Positions 27,065-32,000 of a stretch of DNA of 32,000 nt are shown here, piece after piece; the first letter of the stretch is position 1; the number at the start of each line of letters is the position of its first letter. The stretch is from Candidatus Heimdallarchaeota archaeon B3_Heim (GTDB taxonomy: Archaea; Asgardarchaeota; Heimdallarchaeia; Hodarchaeales; Hodarchaeaceae), in NCBI GenBank assembly GCA_003144275.1, contig NJBF01000028.1, forward strand, positions 31,234 through 63,233, given 5' to 3'. Below the pieces are notes generated by a model. That model was not told where the DNA came from, ran no database searches, and saw only the letters and a program-made list of their open reading frames with translations. The position numbers and the translations under genes were made by a program.

Positions 27065-27193
27065 AATAGTTATAAAACTCACTCCTCAATAAAAAACTGA
27101 AAAAGAATTTATTACTACGTCATGTTTCGCTGTATATTCACTGCAGTCTTCGAAAAATCAAGATGAAATAATTCACAGAAGGAAGATCCAATC

Positions 27194-28543
27194 ATGGTGT
27201 CAGAATCTACGCATATTGACGAGGTCAACCAATTATTGATTACTTTGGTTCAGAATAAGTGTATTAATCCTCCAGGTACGGAACTTAGATCAATTCGTAC
27301 AATTGAAAATCATCTAAAACAGCGAAATATTCCTTGCAAAGTAATTGAAACAGCTCCAGATCGAGGTAACTTAATTGCGGAAATAAAAGGTGAAAATGCT
27401 GGATCCTCTCTTATGTTTGGGCCTTCTCATGTTGATGTTGTTCCAATTGGCAACAAATCTGCTTGGGAGGTGGATCCATTTAGTGGAATCATTAAGGATG
27501 AACATATCTGGGGTCGAGGAACTCTTGACATGTTGTTCATCGTTGCCACACAGGTTCAAGCATTCGCACGCCTTTTCGAGGAAGGATTCAAACCAAAAAG
27601 TGATCTTAAGCTCTGTATAGTTGCAGATGAAGAAGCTGGGGGAATATTTGGGACAGAATGGTTAATGAAACATCAACCCGATTTCATGAGTGTTGATTAT
27701 GCATTAAGTGAGGCGGGGGGAATACCAATTGCACCTGGTAGACTATTGTTGGGTATTGGAGAAAAGGGCGCTGCTTGGAAACGTGTGTCATTCAAAGGAA
27801 CCCCTACTCATGGTTCAATGCCATACAAAAGCGATAATGCCGTCATAAAAGCAGCTATAGCTGCAGAGCGGCTCAATAAATATACACCACCAATTAATCT
27901 GGATTATATCAAACTAATGGCCAATGGTCTTGGTTTGAGTAAAATTACACAACTAATGCTGAGTCATCGGATATTCCTTCCTTTAGTCCTTAAAATGGCT
28001 CATAAACGAAACCCAGTCATGGCACGTTTATTGCACGCCCTCTCACGAATGACTATTTCCCCTAACATCGTTCATGGTGGAACGAAAACCAACATTGTTG
28101 CAGGAGAAGCCTATCTTGATGTGGATATTCGTATTTTACCAAACCAGGATGATGATTTCGTTGTTAAACACTTACGAAAGGCAATGGGTGAGATGGGAAA
28201 AGAGGCCATAATTGAGCGCCCTCCTGATCAACCAGGTTTTTTCACTTCTGAGGGGACAGCAAGCGACCCAAATTCAGAAATTGTACCCTTTATGTGTAAA
28301 GCGGTTGCAGAAGTGTATCCAAACGCTCAATTTGTTCCATTGATAGTTGCTGGAGCTACTGATCTTAGGTATCTCCGAGAGCGAGGAACTCAAGCATATG
28401 GGTTCTCTCTTTTTGATCCTGAAACTCCTCTCAACACAATGGCTACATTGCCCCATGGTCCGAATGAACGAATTAGTTTAAAGACTGTAGAATACTCTTT
28501 GATGGCATACTATAACCTAGCCAAAGAATTTCTCAACCAGTAA
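27194..28543 (+). CDS. M20/M25/M40 (ArgE/DapE-like) metallopeptidase or amidohydrolase
   Basis: SHVDVVP, GRGTLDM, DEEAGG, SEAGG, HGSMP, GATDLR, HGPNERI. Confidence 0.92.
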   Translation: MVSESTHIDEVNQLLITLVQNKCINPPGTELRSIRTIENHLKQRNIPCKVIETAPDRGNLIAEIKGENAGSSLMFGPSHVDVVPIGNKSAWEVDPFSGIIKDEHIWGRGTLDMLFIVATQVQAFARLFEEGFKPKSDLKLCIVADEEAGGIFGTEWLMKHQPDFMSVDYALSEAGGIPIAPGRLLLGIGEKGAAWKRVSFKGTPTHGSMPYKSDNAVIKAAIAAERLNKYTPPINLDYIKLMANGLGLSKITQLMLSHRIFLPLVLKMAHKRNPVMARLLHALSRMTISPNIVHGGTKTNIVAGEAYLDVDIRILPNQDDDFVVKHLRKAMGEMGKEAIIERPPDQPGFFTSEGTASDPNSEIVPFMCKAVAEVYPNAQFVPLIVAGATDLRYLRERGTQAYGFSLFDPETPLNTMATLPHGPNERISLKTVEYSLMAYYNLAKEFLNQ

Positions 28544-28561
28544 GCATAAAAGGTATGTATC

Positions 28562-29494
28562 ATGGCTGGAGAAATTTTAGCAGTAGCCACCGCAATCACA
28601 TTCCCCCTAGCGAACGCAATGTTCAAAAAAGTTGATAATCTGTTTACTCCCTCTCAAATAAATGCAATAAGAACTTCGGTCGGAGCAATTTTCTTTGTTT
28701 TGTTTATTCTAATCCTTGATCAATGGAAATTTCTCCCTTTGGTTACTACAGGTCTATTGGTTCTTCTCCTTGTTAGTATCTTTTTTGGCCAAGTTATTGG
28801 GGATACAGCTTATTTTATTGGTCAAGAATCTCTTGGTACAACAATCGCTTTAGCGATATCAGGTACTATGCCCTTTTTCACATTTCTGATATCCCTCCTT
28901 ATCGGTGAAGACATTTCGGTAACTTTCTACCTTTCTGGAATTATCATTGGAGCAGGAATTTTCCTAATATCTAAAAGTCAGATCTCACGAGAAGAATCAT
29001 CATTTAATCGAAATGGTTCAAAATATATCTTCATGGTTATTACTTTGTTAATCGCTTCATTTTCATGGGCTATTGCTATTGTGCTTACAGATATTGGATT
29101 TAATGCACTGGGTAACCTCCTTCCTCAAGGAGAACAAACTTCATTTTTGGGGAATGCCATTCGGCTTCCATTTGCTGCGGTGATCCTATGTGTAATGGGA
29201 TGGAAATCAAGATCCAAAAATAAACAAAATTCAGATTCACTATACAAAAACCCCTTTGATGGGAAGGTTATTACTATTTTACTCGCAGCTTCGATAATTG
29301 GAACAGCTTTAGGCATTCTTTTATATTCAGAAGCCGCTCGATTGGCTGGAGCTCCTTTTACTTCATTAATACTAACCGCAAGTCCGTTATTTTCCATACC
29401 CATCTCATGGGCAATTAATAAAGAGAAAATATCATTTCTAGAATTAATCGGCTTATTGTTAATTCTTACAGGAGTAATACTGATTTTATTGTAA
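28562..29494 (+). CDS. EamA/DMT-family transporter
   Basis: Two-repeat, ~10 TM; IRTSVG, GDTAYF, PFFT, ASPLFS...KEKIS. Confidence 0.88.
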   Translation: MAGEILAVATAITFPLANAMFKKVDNLFTPSQINAIRTSVGAIFFVLFILILDQWKFLPLVTTGLLVLLLVSIFFGQVIGDTAYFIGQESLGTTIALAISGTMPFFTFLISLLIGEDISVTFYLSGIIIGAGIFLISKSQISREESSFNRNGSKYIFMVITLLIASFSWAIAIVLTDIGFNALGNLLPQGEQTSFLGNAIRLPFAAVILCVMGWKSRSKNKQNSDSLYKNPFDGKVITILLAASIIGTALGILLYSEAARLAGAPFTSLILTASPLFSIPISWAINKEKISFLELIGLLLILTGVILILL

Positions 29495-29521
29495 TTCAAT
29501 GAAAAGAAGACTCAACTTAAC

Positions 29522-29530
29522 AAAAAAAAA
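29522..29530 (-). terminator. Oligo-T terminator candidate for the ABC operon
   Basis: A9 on plus (T9 on minus), about 20 nt past the permease stop, between convergent genes. Confidence 0.45.
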
Positions 29531-29550
29531 GGAAAGGGCAGAGAAAGCAT

Positions 29551-30873
29551 TCAGGTAAGAATACTTTCACGCTCGAAGACGCGAGAGGCAATATACAGAG
29601 AAATAAAGATAACTACGACTAAGAATCCAAGATGGAAAAGTAGATCAGTCGCAATACTACCTGTTATCGCACTCGAAGCATATGTTTGTGGATATAACCC
29701 TTTACTTAATATCGCAATTGCATGTGACCAAGGAATGAGATAAAGGAGGATTCCAGCACCACCAAATGATTGTTCAGGTAATGCACCAAACAGCGAAGTC
29801 ATTCCTACAATCAAAGAGGGGACCATCATCACCATGCTGTACAAGGATTCTGCAGATCTAACATCCTTTGTCAAACTTGCAATGGAAATACCTATTCCTA
29901 TGGCTACAAATGCTGATAGAAACATGGTTATTCCAACGAGTAACAAAAGATTAAGCGTAGGATTAATTGAATACATTGCAGAGACGTTATAAGCCTCAGA
30001 ACCACCAGAATCAGCTAAACCAAGAATGAATGAAAATCCCATAAGTCCTACCATGTTCATTACTGCAAAAATCGAAACTAACACCATACCTGCTAATACC
30101 TTCCCAAAAAGAATGCTGAAACGAGAAATAGGCAACGCTAGTAAGGATTCCATGGTTTTCTTCTCTCTTTCACCAGCAAAACTTGTGCTAACGAATGGAG
30201 CAGGTGCCATGACTGCAATGAGGATTGAAATAAATCCAATAAATCCCGCTCCAAACCCACTCGCAGCTGCTTCTTCCCCTGGAAAGGTGATTGTTGTCTG
30301 TGATAGGTATGCTGCCTTTTCAATAACTACCTGTGTGAAAGGTGGCTGTGATAAAACCATTCCCACACCTGCTTCAAGAAATTCTGATCCAATAATACCT
30401 CCAGGAAGTGTATACATTTCCACGACGGGAATGATATTTAAACTGAGGTTAAATGCATTAAACACTGATGTGAAGTTCTCAGGGATGATAATCAGTGGCA
30501 TTACATCGCTAGCAATATCTGGGTCATTTATCATCTGCATTAGTGACGAGTAGCTCTCATCTGCGTACAACGTGTCATTAATAACTGCCCCTTCGAGAAA
30601 AGAACCGTTAATTTCAGTACTAGCTTTAAGTTTGTTGACAAACTTATCACCATAATTATCAGTAATATTGCCCAAATCAAAATTTACTACGTAAACCGTT
30701 TCTCCTTCTTGTGTAGATGTTAAAGACACACCTACAAGCAACTGTATTCCTCCCTGCATACCCCACATCAGTATCGGCATTAATATAAAACTAATAACGA
30801 TATAACGAGTTCTACTTGCAGATCTTAATTCCTGTTTAACAAGAGATAATGTTTGTTTGATTCTGTTACTCAT
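29551..30873 (-). CDS. ABC-2 type exporter permease (NatB-like)
   Basis: KQELR N-terminus, large extracellular loop, AGEREKKTMESLLALPISR..ILFGK, LIPWSHA; its GGTGA RBS overlaps the ATPase stop at 30878-30882. Confidence 0.9.
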   Translation of the reverse strand: MSNRIKQTLSLVKQELRSASRTRYIVISFILMPILMWGMQGGIQLLVGVSLTSTQEGETVYVVNFDLGNITDNYGDKFVNKLKASTEINGSFLEGAVINDTLYADESYSSLMQMINDPDIASDVMPLIIIPENFTSVFNAFNLSLNIIPVVEMYTLPGGIIGSEFLEAGVGMVLSQPPFTQVVIEKAAYLSQTTITFPGEEAAASGFGAGFIGFISILIAVMAPAPFVSTSFAGEREKKTMESLLALPISRFSILFGKVLAGMVLVSIFAVMNMVGLMGFSFILGLADSGGSEAYNVSAMYSINPTLNLLLLVGITMFLSAFVAIGIGISIASLTKDVRSAESLYSMVMMVPSLIVGMTSLFGALPEQSFGGAGILLYLIPWSHAIAILSKGLYPQTYASSAITGSIATDLLFHLGFLVVVIFISLYIASRVFERESILT

Positions 30874-30877
30874 GATG

Positions 30878-31696
30878 TCACCGTCTTTTTAAAATGCGTG
30901 AGAAGAGAGACCGTTTTTTCTTCTGCTTTAGAAAATCCTCTTCAATTACACCTTCACCAGTAGTTAAACCAATGAATACATCCTCCAAGCCTGCTTTCTG
31001 GAACTTTTCTTCTAATTCCGCTGGAGTTCCAACTGCTGCGAGTTTTCCTTTCACTAAAATACCAACTCGGTCACACAATTCTCCTACTTCACTTAGATCA
31101 TGTGTAGTAAGGATAATTGTCTTATGCATGTCTTTAGCTAATTTTTTAATAATATTACGAACAGTACGGGCACCTAGGATATCTATTCCCGTGGTAGGCT
31201 CATCGAGAAAAACTAGATCAGGATCCATAACCAAAGCGCGAGCAACTAGTACTTTTCGTTTCATCCCACCAGAAAATTCCTTGGTAAGATCATTTTCACG
31301 ACCGCGCAAACCGATTAGATCAATCAGCTCCTCTGTTCGATTTCTCACTTCCTCATCCGTCATATTACCGTAGATCTGACCGTAATAGAGGATGTTTTCT
31401 CTAGCTGTTAATTGTTCGTAAACTTGAGCTTCTTGGGGAAGCATACTCGCTCGTTCACGGATTTTCATGATATCTTCATGTATATCATAATACTCACCAT
31501 TATACCTGATTTGTGCGGTTCCAGAGGTTGGTTTAATCAGGCCGATCAAGAGACGAATTAACGTAGTTTTTCCTGCCCCGTTAGGTCCTAATAATCCAAA
31601 AACCTCTCCTTTCTGTATAGTGAGGCTAAGGTTATCTAAAGCAATGTTTTTTCTTCCAAATTTTTTGGTCAGATTATTAATCTGTAACATTTCCAA
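30878..31696 (-). CDS. ABC transporter ATP-binding subunit
   Basis: GPNGAGKTT, FSGGM, LDEPTTGID, TTHD. TTG 31696 (AAGGTGA at 31704-31710) or ATG 31690 is more likely than 31720. Confidence 0.95.
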   Translation of the reverse strand: MEMLQINNLTKKFGRKNIALDNLSLTIQKGEVFGLLGPNGAGKTTLIRLLIGLIKPTSGTAQIRYNGEYYDIHEDIMKIRERASMLPQEAQVYEQLTARENILYYGQIYGNMTDEEVRNRTEELIDLIGLRGRENDLTKEFSGGMKRKVLVARALVMDPDLVFLDEPTTGIDILGARTVRNIIKKLAKDMHKTIILTTHDLSEVGELCDRVGILVKGKLAAVGTPAELEEKFQKAGLEDVFIGLTTGEGVIEEDFLKQKKKRSLFSRILKRR

Positions 31697-31856
31697 TATG
31701 TAATCACCTTTACAATCCATTGGTGCTGATGATTTGTTGAGTAATGAGTATTTATTTGCGTATTATAAGGAATTATTTCACGGAAAATTATTTTAAAAAA
31801 AAAGTAGAGATTTCGTCTAAATTGTTGAACACCACCATTAACCTTTAAAAAGAAAA

Positions 31857-32000
31857 CTAAGAAATCTTAACCTTAGAAATCATCAATGGCCATAGCTGAA
31901 ATAACAAACGATAAGGAATATGCCATGATTGACGATGAAGAAGAGCACGAGATCCTTCAGGGAAGAAGGTAACAGCAGTCCAAGCTTTAAGATCTCGGTT
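31857..32000 (-). CDS. Possible 3' end of a gene entering from the window edge; frame uncertain
   Basis: Two minus frames are open from the edge (stops at 31857 and 31883); T9 on the minus strand at 31795-31803. Confidence 0.25.
   Translation of the reverse strand, partial: NRDLKAWTAVTFFPEGSRALLHRQSWHIPYRLLFQLWPLMISKVKIS

Noticed and set aside
30026-31373. Plus-strand ORFs of 175 and 159 aa
   Set aside because: Antisense shadows of the ABC permease and ATPase
1-32000. CRISPR arrays, tRNA/rRNA genes, transposases, integrases
   Set aside because: No regularly spaced direct repeats, cloverleaf or rRNA-like GC-rich segments, or recombinase motifs were seen by eye; a covariance-model search would be needed to exclude small ncRNAs

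Overview
AT-rich, gene-dense archaeal chromosomal segment. An Asgard-like origin is inferred from a Rab-like GTPase without a prenylation tail, DUF63, KaiC/RAD55-like and Hef-like genes, and GGTGA/GGAGG ribosome-binding sites. About 27 CDS are present; no rRNA, tRNA, CRISPR array or mobile element was recognised. The standout is a tightly coupled minus-strand operon at 17075-20690. It encodes (1) a 509-aa membrane protein whose predicted cytoplasmic C-terminus ends in GRGRGRS-GGGG-(CACACAG)x2-GGR, (2) a radical SAM enzyme with a PqqD-like RiPP-recognition element and a complete 7-Cys SPASM domain, and (3) a class I SAM methyltransferase. This looks like a RiPP-type modification system acting on the tail of a full-size membrane protein. 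Upstream on the same strand is a 661-aa protein with strong 11-residue amphipathic periodicity. Other points of interest: a gelsolin-like(?)/Rab-like GTPase/phosphoesterase/DUF63 operon, a membrane-anchored AN1 zinc finger abutting an M50 protease, an mGluR-like Venus-flytrap protein, and three apparent pseudoenzymes (KaiC-like ATPase, carboxylesterase, Hef-like helicase). All family assignments come from motif reading only; no database search was run.
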